A stretch of DNA of 64,000 nucleotides, taken from assembly GCA_964106645.2 (NCBI GenBank), contig OZ067039.1, one strand, 5' to 3'. Both the position numbers and the translations under genes were made by a program. Below the pieces are notes generated by a model. It did no database searches. It saw only the letters and a program-made list of their open reading frames with translations, and was not told where the DNA came from. This document shows positions 1-9,534 of this stretch, piece after piece. This DNA comes from Podarcis pityusensis. Its lineage: Eukaryota. The first letter of the stretch is position 1. Each line of letters opens with the position of its first letter.

Positions 1-837
1 ACACTAGCTCTGAATTTCTTCATAAAACCAAGAGCTTGTTAGACAGCCTAGAAGTGCCTCAAACAGTGGCTCTTTACTTGACAATGGAACTAAAAGAGAG
101 CAAGCGATAAAAGAGGGCTGTGAAAGCAGCCACATCCTGCAAACCTCATAGGAGTTTGCTTTTTGAGAACCTTGTGTTTGTGTGTTTTTAAAAAGCAGGG
201 TTCTTCCATGAAATCCAAACTTTCACTAAGAGCTAATGGCAGACTAAGGATTTTTAAAACTTCAGAACTGGCCTTCTGCATTCAAGATCCTCCATAACTT
301 CCCTGTATCACATGACATGCAAGGTTCTTCTCTGTTCCGGCAAAGAATAAACCTCTTCTCTGAGGGGGGGCGGAGAGAATGATCCCTCCCAATGCAACTC
401 AGTGGTCTCCTATTGGAATCCCTCTTGGAAGCAGGAAAATGCAAAGACCCGATGGCTCTTTCTGACATCACAGAGACAGTCCTTGCTCATCATGTGATGG
501 AAATTCAAGAAGACAGGGCAGACACACCACTCTATTTGAATTTACTCATTCAGATTACGGAAGAAGAAGAGCAATACTGAAATATTCTCTGGCGGGACAG
601 GGAAGAGGCCAATTCAGATATTACTCTTAGTCAATACTGATCATAGGTAAACATTCATGTTGTGTCACTATCTCATTCTGTCAACAGGACGGACTTTTGG
701 GAAGTGGGACCAACACAAAGCTGGCACTTTGGAATAACTAGATTCTAAAGAACAGGCATTAAGATCTAGGTCAATTAAAAATGCTGCCTGAAACAACGTA
801 GGCAGATTAGCTGAACAGGACATAGGTAAGGCATGTC

Positions 838-855
838 TAGCTCCCTCTAGTGGCA
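838..855 (-). promoter_or_regulatory. Candidate CTCF site
   Basis: Minus strand TGCCACTAGAGGGAGCTA, close to the CTCF core consensus. Confidence 0.55.
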
Positions 856-1588
856 AAATTGTGTTTTAATAATTTGCATGACAAATAACACCCCACACAG
901 AATTCACATTAAGTATTCTGAGAAGGGAAGCTGGCTTGTGATAAAAGAGGGCATACCTGGGCTTTTCAGACCACATGATGGCCCATTCAGGACTAGCTAA
1001 TAAGAAAAGGCAAGCTTGGATCCTGCACCTTTACGCAGCAACACCAACCTCCAAGATTCCTATTGAGGCCTACTTCTAACTGCCAGGCTGTTTTTCAAAT
1101 CAATTTAAACATGGGTACCTTTCAGTAACTGCCTCCCTGCATATGAAAAAGGATACCTCTGAGCTCTTGTATTCTAGCAGACAGAAAAGGTAAATGAAGA
1201 AACACTGCGGTCTCACATGGAAAGCCACCTCATTATGAACAAACTATGTACTCTCTCCTCCAGTAACGCTTGCTCACAATTGCCTATTAGCTTTTACAAC
1301 TTTGCTCCTCTCACCTTATTCAGAAATATTACTCAACTACAAGCCAGCTGCTCCAACTCCAGATATTTTTCAGACACACCCCAAAACCCTATAAAATCCC
1401 CACAACTAGGCAACACTTTCACCCCTCCATTTCCCCATCCTCTTGTAGGTTTCCTCCAATTCTCTCCTTTAGAAGAGATTTAATTGAGAATCTCCTAAAC
1501 TCGCCTTGTCCATTTGAAAAGTTCAAAACCTTTTCTGTGGAGCCGACTAGCGTTATCAATCTGTAACATATTCAAAAACGTTACTCAC

Positions 1589-1704
1589 TATGTAATCATT
1601 ATCTTCATCTTTTGGGCCCGAGCTGTAATAGACACGATAGGCTCGAGCCACCTCGTCGATCTGTTCTTTCGTACCCGTCAATCCGATCAGCTTGGGTGAA
1701 AACT
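1589..1704 (-). CDS. SCO1: SCO1 exon 5, 116 nt
   Basis: [27 protein letters not shown]; aag acceptor, gtgagt donor. Confidence 0.95.
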
Positions 1705-4700
1705 CTTGAACAGAAATGGAACTAGTTAGATCAGCTGACATTAAAGATGAGGGCCCAAATTATTACCCTCTTCCACTGTTGGAAAAGCTATTCAGCTCTA
1801 CAAAGCTGGGTGTATAGGGAGTCAAGTAGAATACCAGATATGGAGGTTAACATTACCTTTAACGTATGTGGCAATAGCTTCTTTCGTGTCTCTCTCTGGA
1901 TCAATCGTGATGAAGAGCGGAGTGATGTTTGGCAGAGACTTGATCTCATCTGTCGCCATAAAGCATGATAGTTAATATCCCACTAACTGACTCAAGGCTA
2001 CTTTTGCGTTCCAGGTCATAAAATACCATAGAACGTGCCAATTTTATTACAGTGCATCTTCAAGATGGTGCTTTTGTGGGATGCCTTTTTTGGAGAAAAT
2101 GCAATGTAATGTGGATGCTTTATTAAATATTGGGGTCCTCCTATCAGTTGCAACACATGCCCTAGCTGTTTTAATACAGTTGCAACTATAGCTGCCACTG
2201 TGAGAACAGGATGCTGGACTAGATGGGCCATTGGCCTGACCCAGCAGCCCCTTCTTATGTTCCTAAATGATGAACATGTTGCCTGTACCAGAGAGAAAGC
2301 TACTCAGGCTCATGGCCAACATTTGATGAATACTTCATAAGCTTCCCCTCTTATCAGTGGTGTGCAACAGGTGAGATTTGACTCATAAGGTCAAGAGATG
2401 ACCTGGTACATCCATGGCACCACAGTATTCTTTTGAAGTAGTTATGGAGAAGGACGGGCACAGAGAGATTATCTGGATTTTATTGGTCTTTTAAAAGCCG
2501 TAAAATAAAGGGGGAAATGGGAGGGCTTATTACATTGAGGTATATATGTGTAATCAATGAAAAAGCAATAGAAGGTGAAATTAAAAACAGGCCCTGTTTT
2601 TCAGGCTGAAGTTAAATGAGGGTCCTGAAAAGACTGAAAACCATTGTTCAGGGACCCCAATTACAGGCCACAGCTTGAAGGCCTAATGCACAGGAACAAA
2701 TATTTGCGCACTCAGATTCTTATATATATATATATATTTAAAAACCTATGCATATAATATTTACAGTCTGTATCTGTTCACAGTCTGTTTAAACCCTGGT
2801 TATTTTCTGCAGAAATTTTAATGGGTAAAATGGAAAATTAAAAAAATATACATTTTAATTATTATTAAATTTATTACCTGCCCTCCAGCAGGGCAGGTCC
2901 CAGGGCAGAAGATGGCAGCCAGGGAGATGGAGGCACTGCGTAATAACAGGAAAAGACTGGGAAATAAGCGTAAGTGATTTAAAAAGCAATATTGTCATTT
3001 CAAGAATATTGTGTAGGCAAAGTAGCTCTACCTGAAGAAGGTTAGCTATTACCCATAAATCTAGTCCCTTTCAAAAGAAATATGTTGCATCCAAGAAGCT
3101 CCACGTTAGCTATTTGTAATCTGTATATTCTATTAGTAAAGAAACATGCTAGCAGGTGTACTAGAGAATGCCAGCCCATACACTTTGACAAGAACTCCAG
3201 AAATGAATATGAAATTCCATTTCTGCAGCAGATGAATGGAATTTTCATATGCCACAAGGAGATGCTATCCACAACACAGTGAAATGAAAATACTGCCACT
3301 AGGGGGCAGCAGTTCCCTTTTACTAAGGGCAGATTAGTAAACTGCAGGCATATCTAGGTAAGTTTCAGGTCTCAAAAAGGCAGAGCTCCATTCCGTACAG
3401 TACGTGACTTCATATTCTACCAATTTACACAAAATATTTTATTACTTCTTATCCCCTTTCCATTACCAGCGTAAAGTCATCTTTACTTACTTTACTTTAT
3501 TTACTTAAGTTATTTACAGGCTTAACCTACAACAACTAGTGAGACTCGGGTGGCGCTGTGGGTTAAACCAGAGCCTAGGACTTGCTGATTAGAAGGTCGG
3601 CGGTTCAAATCCCTGCGACAGGGTGAGCTCCTGTTGCTCAGTCCCTGCTCCTGCCAACCTAGCAGTTCAAAAGCACGTCAAAGTGCAAGTAGATAAATAA
3701 GTACCGTTCCGGCGGGAAGGTAAACGGCTTTTCTGTGCGCTGCTCTGGTTTGCCAGAAGCGGCTTAGTCATGCTGACCACATGACCCGGAAGCTGTACGC
3801 CAGCTCCCTCGGCCAATAAAGTGAGATGAGCGCTGCAACCCCCGAGTCGTCCACAACTGGACTTCACGGTCAGGGGTCCCTTTACCCACACAACTGCTGG
3901 TAATTAATTATCTGTCTTACATGATTCCTGCTCCTCCAACTTTTATCACTTACAGCTGATTAAAGATTTCCTGCTTCCTTAAGTGACTGGCCCTCTCTTC
4001 CTTGCTGCCCCTGCAAGTGGAACTCCCTCCCAGAACTTGGGCATGGTGCCAACTCTCTCCTGTTCTTCAAAAGCCATCTTTTCTGCAGCCAAGTTTTCAG
4101 TACACGTAACAGCTTCTCATCACGTTACTTCATCCCTTTACTTGCATTCCCCTCCTATTTTTCCTGCTGTCTATTTCAGCTAAGCTCTATGAGAACAAAG
4201 TCCCACCTATGTCACCTGTTCAGGGCCACCAATGAAGGTCTTCACAGGCATTGTGCTGGCCACCCATGCTATAATGGACCTACTTACCACTGACTTTAAT
4301 TAAGGAGTAGGAGAAATGAAGAGTGGAAGCAATGCAACCGACTAGAATACAATTTATTGTTGGTAGTCACGTTTCAGAGGTATCTTCTCAATTAACAATG
4401 TATATTAATAACTAGGGGGAGAGGGGGTAATTCTGTGCAGACCTTGAAGACCTATATAAATCTGCCACTGCCTGAGCAACAACACAGGCTAAAAACATTA
4501 ACCTAGAGAACATAATGAGATTCTTCTCTATGAAGAGTTATTTCAGGGAGAGTTTGGGCTTCAGTATGGCTTACTTACCAATTTCATCGATGACAAGAAC
4601 CATTTTTTCCAGTTCTTCTGGGCAAATGTCAGGGCAATGTGTAAAACCAAAGTAGATTAACACCCATTGGCCCAGAAAGTCACGATCCGATTTGGGCTGC

Positions 4701-7403
4701 CCATGGTGATCGACGAGTGAGAAATGGCCTCCCAGCAATGGCTTTCCAAGAGCCCTTTTCCGCTCCTTCTCCGCCTCTGAAATCAAACCACAGTGGAAGG
4801 TTACCTGCCTACCACTCCAGCTTAAGAGATTCTATAGCACTGCCAGCAAAGCTGCAACTATATTCTTTCCCCATCCCACACTTCCTTTATGACAGCTAAG
4901 TTTGTATCGCTCTTTAGTACTAGAATCTGGCTTGAGTTCCCCACTCCCACCCAATACTCTTGATATCGCCATGCTCACTGTAGATGAGGGTGCTCCATTA
5001 ACTATAGATTTGTATTGGTAATGTCCAGCATCTTGAGGCAGGGCGGTGGGGTTAAATGACAATAAAAAAGCCAAAAGTGGCAAGGGGAAATAAGTGTTAC
5101 AAAATAAATGCAAGCAATGTCAGGTACTTGACTGCAAGTTTCAAAATGACAACAAGAAATCTAACTGTAATCAATATCTGAAAGAGTCAGTAAGACTGGA
5201 AGTTTTCAACCTCTCTCAGAATCTACCGGCAAAGCCTTCAATCATTTTTCTCTTCTCTTGTTGCCTCTTCACCCAAGGGATTTGGAACATGCTTTGGGAC
5301 ACGCTCCCTCCCATTTGTCTTAGAAGTACTTTTCGCCTTATCAGAAGCAAATATCAACTAAAAAGTTCACTAGCTAAACTTCATAATACTCAGGTGCTTC
5401 TTTAAGCAATTCTAGTGACTCTGAAAACAGTTATCGGAAAACATCTACTGCAGGTATCAATATTTTCACACCCAGGATGCATTTGGGGCCCACTGCTTTT
5501 TTTATCTTTTACCATATATTTTCATGGTAGTAGTTCTCCTACCTTTGCATCAACTACAGCATTAAGGGATTCATCTTAACAAGAGAGGGGTAAGAAAGTT
5601 GCTGGGTAAAAGCTAGGAGAAGCAATAATCTCTTAGGATCAAAAACCTTTGCTCACGTAATAGTTTAGACCTTAAGCACAGGTAAGGGCAGTGAGGATAG
5701 GCACTCAGTGAGCTACATCCACAAAATATTCACACAGCCAAGAAAGAACGCAAAGCCTTTGCATCTGTGCAGCAGGGTGAAAAATGACTCTACAATAGAC
5801 ACGATTAAGTTTTACATACTTTCTTCTTTCTTTTTCTTGAAGAACTTCATTGCTGCTAGCAGACTTCCTCCAACAGCACAAGTAATTGCCAGAGTCTTCC
5901 AAGTTACAGGCTACTGGGAAAGAGGAGGAAAAAGAAGTGCACATGTAAATAAAAGACTTGCTCACCAAGCCAACTTCCTCATTCAACTTCCAAGTCACTA
6001 CCTTGTTTCGGTAAGCAAAAGCTCGGTCTTCTTGCACCTTCCATCTCCTCAACAATTCCCTAATCGAAATACGGTACAGTAAGCATGCAACTTACACACA
6101 ATTAACTTGTGCGCATTCCGTTTTACACGCTTGGCTAAATAAATATATAATAAGGGGATGGGTGTCTGGGATGGGGGAAACTTTGGCAATTCCACCCACC
6201 ACTGAACCATTTGACTATAAGTGATTTCAGCTTTAGGCGTGATCCCCAGAACGTAGCGTAAATTGCAGGCTTACTGTATAGCTGTGGTTCCCAACGTGGG
6301 GCACACGCCCCACAGGGGGGGAATTTGATTTTTAAGGGGGGGGGCAGTGGAAAACAGGAGTGCCTGGCGTGCTCTGGTCCATGGGGTCACGAAGAGTCAG
6401 ACACGACTAAACTACGAAACAACAACAGTGACCTTTTGGGACCCGGGTGGTGCTATGGGTTAAACCACAGAGCCTAGGACTTGCCGATCAGAAGGTTGGA
6501 GGTTCGGGTTTGAGCTCCTGTTGCTCGGTCCCTGCTCCTGCCAACCTAGCAGTTCAAAAGTACATCAAAGTGCAAGTAGATAAATAGGTACTGCTCTGGT
6601 GGGAAGGTAAACGGCATTTCCGTGCACTGCTCTTGTTCGCCAGAAGTGGCTTAGTCATGCTGGCCACATGACCCGGAAGCTGTATGCCGGCTCCCTCAGG
6701 CAATAAAGCGAGATGAGCACCGCAACCCCAAAGTCGGTCACGACTGGACCTAATGGTCAAGGGTGACCTTTTAGGCTTCCTCCACGTGAATAGGAGTTCA
6801 CTTTTTGATGAATAAGAATTATATGTCACGGGGGAGGGCATCAGGATTTTAGAGATGCCTAGGTGGGGCATGAAAAAAGAGGTTGAGAACCACTGCCTAT
6901 ACAGCAACCGGCTCAGGCAGACAACCGCTTGAACCCAGCGAAGCTAAAAGCAGCAACTTAAGATTTGGAAAAGAGATTCAGGGGCTCTCGCATCTCCTCC
7001 ATGCAAGGGGCGAGAAGTAGCTCCGCCTGCACAACTTAAGCGGAAATGCAAAAGGGGGTGCATTTGGTCAGCAGGTGTCGCTTCGCAGCCCTGCAGCGGC
7101 CGAACAAGAGAAGAGGCGCCATCAAGCAGACCGAAACCCGTTTGTCTCCCTCCAGGGCTCCACGTGCGCCTCCTCCCCGCCCTGCCCCGCCGCGCCCCTG
7201 CTCTTCCCTGGATGCGCCCAGGAGCAGCGGCTCCCCCTGGAGCGGGACTGGCTCACCCCAGGTTTGCTGGGCCCTTCCCGCGGCTTATCCCCCGGCGGCC
7301 CTGTAGCCAAGGGCTGAGCACGACAGCGAAGGGAAGGCCAGCGCGGCGGAGGGGCTCGGAGACCCCAAACCGCCAGAGGACGAAGCCGGGTCGCCACCGC
7401 CAT
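1589..7403 (-). CDS. SCO1: SCO1 cytochrome c oxidase copper chaperone; coding exons 7403-7257, 5910-5820, 4776-4579, 1949-1857, 1704-1589; final exon not in window
   Basis: Spliced translation: MAVATRLRP...SKPG|[30 protein letters not shown]|[17 protein letters not shown]...[15 protein letters not shown]...|[31 protein letters not shown]|[11 protein letters not shown]...DYI. Contains the CxxxC copper motif. All introns are GT-AG with consistent phase. Confidence 0.97.
1857..1949 (-). CDS. SCO1: SCO1 exon 4, 93 nt
   Basis: [11 protein letters not shown]; cag acceptor, gtaatg donor. Confidence 0.95.
2192..2263 (+). mobile_element. CR1-type 3' end fragment (similar pieces at about 18028-18095 and 31300-31370)
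   Basis: GCCACTGTGAGAACAGGATGCTGGACTAGATGGGCCA...CTTATGTTC shared with 28925-29006. Confidence 0.6.
3294..3311 (+). promoter_or_regulatory. Candidate CTCF site
   Basis: TGCCACTAGGGGGCAGCA, a near-consensus CTCF core. Confidence 0.6.
3541..3886 (+). mobile_element. Sauria SINE, near full length
   Basis: tRNA-like head (GGTGGCGCTGTGGGTTAA; GGTTCAAATCCC B box) and GGGGTCCCTTTACC tail; homologous to the copies at 6438 and 20861. Confidence 0.9.
4579..4776 (-). CDS. SCO1: SCO1 exon 3 (CPDIC motif), 198 nt
   Basis: tttcag acceptor, gtaagt donor; [16 protein letters not shown]. Confidence 0.96.
5820..5910 (-). CDS. SCO1: SCO1 exon 2 (transmembrane helix), 91 nt
   Basis: [22 protein letters not shown]; cagtag acceptor, gtatgt donor. 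Confidence 0.93.
6077..6276. mobile_element. Tc1/mariner (Tigger-like) MITE
   Basis: TIRs CAGTAAGCATGCAACTTAC and GTAAATTGCAGGCTTACTG, flanked by TA on both sides. Confidence 0.75.
6347..6427 (+). mobile_element. RTE-BovB LINE 3' terminal fragment
   Basis: AGGAGTGCCTGGCGTGCTCTGGTCCATGGGGTCACGAAGAGTCAGACACGAC followed by a (CAA)n tail. Confidence 0.8.
6438..6762 (+). mobile_element. Sauria SINE
   Basis: Homologous to 3541-3886; candidate TSD GTGACCTTTT at 6428-6437 and 6763-6772. Confidence 0.9.
7257..7403 (-). CDS. SCO1: SCO1 coding exon 1 (Arg-rich mitochondrial targeting peptide, 49 codons)
   Basis: ATG at 7403; ends SKPG followed by gtgagc donor; lies in a CpG island. Confidence 0.88.
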
Positions 7404-7800
7404 CCTCTTTACCGCCCGCCCCGTCCAGCCACGCTCCTGCAGCCCATAGAGCTAGGAAAGATCAAGAGTAGTGACAAATGTTGGATTTCCGGGGAAAAGC
7501 AACTGAATTCGCCGTCGTTCTTTCAAAAATTTATCCATGGACAAAGAGCACGCTCGCGTTATCCCTCGGCATCACTACGTGTGCTTAGCTCGGGATTGTA
7601 AAGAGTGTGGGGGGGTAGACCCGGAAGTGCTCATGGGGGCAGTGCTGCATTCGGCTCTAGAATTTCGTCTCTCTGAAAGTTAGCTCGACGGAAGTGTCCC
7701 GGAGAAACGCTTTTCGGAACAGGAAGTGACGGAAGCACGCCGGAAGCGGGGGTTGGCTTTCGTTGAAACCGGGAGGAAGGAGGGTTTTGGGTCGCGGGAG
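7404..7800. promoter_or_regulatory. Bidirectional CpG-island promoter of SCO1/ADPRM with clustered ETS/GABP sites
   Basis: (C)CGGAAG/CAGGAAG motifs at about 7621, 7688, 7720, 7730 and 7741; GC box near 7412; head-to-head genes; CpG-rich from about 7000 to 7950. Confidence 0.8.
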
Positions 7801-8380
7801 TCGTGCAGTTATGTCACCTTAGTTACGCAGGGGGCGAAATGGTTTCCTTTCGTATCTTCCGCCAGACCTCGATCCAGAGACGGCCAGACATTTTTGAAGA
7901 GCCTGATCTGCTTCTTAGTCGGGGCTGCGATGCACAGCCGTCCTAAGCCACCATCTCAGCCCTTCCCAGCCGCAATGTGAGGATAACAGACTTGCATTGG
8001 CACCTGCAAGGACAAGTTGTTGTTTTTAAGTGTTTAAAAAAACCTATTTAAAATACAGCACAAACTCTCTGGCACCCGATCACAGCTTCGCCCAAACTTC
8101 CCATTTCTCAGTTGCTTCCGACCCTCGGGTGACTGAGACGGAGGGGAGGGAGTATTGAAAAATAACCAGGAAGTTTCGTCTTTATAGACAGTTTGATTGT
8201 GACGCTAGAATTGCCTCCTTGGTTCCACTCACAGCCTACCTTAAAAGGGCATCTTTTAAAAAATATTTCCATTTCTCTATGGCGGAGGGAAGGCAGCAAG
8301 CAAGGAGGAGGGGCAAATGGATCAGGAAATGAAATGATGCTCAGAGAGTAGATTAATTTTCTTTCACTGCTTTGCCTCAG

Positions 8381-8420
8381 AAGAGGACTTGGTTTCCCCG
8401 GTCTGCTTCTTTAAAGCGAG
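8381..8420 (+). other. ADPRM: Candidate 5'UTR exon of ADPRM
   Basis: Polypyrimidine tract and cag ending at 8380; strong GAG|gtgagt donor at 8420/8421; lies between the promoter and the first coding exon. Confidence 0.45.
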
Positions 8421-8909
8421 GTGAGTGGTGTGGGTATGTGTCTCGTTTCCATAGTAACGATGTAGGGTGGGTTCTCCAGACACTTCCCCTCCCTCCTCTA
8501 GTGATTTTATAGTGCTAGGCAGACAGATGTGTGGGTTGTGGTTGTTTTCTGCAGGTTTATAAGCTGGCAGGTATCTTGCCAAATCCTATAGGCTTCAATT
8601 CTTAGTGTAAGTGGTTCAAATCACTGACATCCCTAAATCCGATGCAACCCATTCCTCTGCATGTTTACTCAGCAGTTCAGTAGAACTTGCTCCTAATTTG
8701 AGTACATATGTACAGGATGGCTACATTTTATTCTGTCAGCTTTATAGAAGTCTAGCTTCTCCAAAAGACTGCTAATGCCGCCTAAAAGCTATATTTGAGT
8801 AACATATTCATAGGCACCCACACTTCCCCCTCACCACCAGTTTAGTATTTGAACAAAATCCTTTTCTTTCTTTCTTTGTGCTACATTTTGGCAGGACATA
8901 TGGGCAGTT

Positions 8910-9534
8910 ATGGATGACGATAATAATTGTAGCTGTACACAAGGAGCCACAACTTCTGAGGCACTCTTCTCCTTTGGAGTCATAGCAGATATTCAGTATG
9001 CAGATCGAGAAGATGGCTATGATTTCTGCGGACTGAACAGGCGATATTATAAGCATAGCCTATGTCACCTCCAGAGTGCAATCGAAGACTGGAATAGAAC
9101 AGATGTTCAGTTCGTATTACAATTTGGGGACATCATTGATGGCTGCAATGCTGAACTTAAGATGTCAGAGACAGCACTGGGAAGAGTCTTGGAAGAATTT
9201 AAGAAGCTCAAGGCCCCTGTCCATCATATATGGGGCAACCATGAATTTTACAACTTCAGCAGAGACTATCTAGTAGATTCTGCACTGTACACCAAGTACT
9301 TACAAGAACAGACGTTTATTAGCAATTCTTATAGAGACCAGAGTTCCACTGGAGACGATGCTTCAGAATTCTATTATGCATATCAATTTTGCCCGGTGTC
9401 TAAATTTCGATTTGTCATCCTTGATGCTTATGATATAAGTATTCTGGGGAGGGATACGTCTACCAAAAAATATCAAGAGTCTCTAAAACTACTGCGAGAA
9501 AAAAATCAAAATGAGAATCTGAATAGTCCATCAG
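8910..9534 (+). CDS. ADPRM: ADPRM first coding exon
   Basis: Acceptor ends at 8894; ATG at 8910; CAG|gtactg donor at 9534. Confidence 0.95.

Larger units (their letters stand above)
6282..6895. mobile_element. hAT-Charlie-like MITE interrupted by a BovB tail and a Sauria SINE
   Basis: CTGTGGTTCCCAAC left end and GTTGAGAACCACTG right end; TSD not clear. Confidence 0.6.

Noticed and set aside
1-1588. SCO1 terminal exon (VDHTIIMYL...)
   Set aside because: Not found on the minus strand here; presumably lies left of the window rather than being lost
3541-3620. tRNA-like A and B boxes
   Set aside because: SINE head; no full cloverleaf or acceptor stem
3667-3891. Similar peptides [23 protein letters not shown] at 3667, 6554 and 20933 that look like a gene family
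   Set aside because: They are antisense translations of Sauria SINE copies
7046-7980. Several ORFs across the SCO1/ADPRM promoter
   Set aside because: CpG-island artefacts apart from SCO1 exon 1
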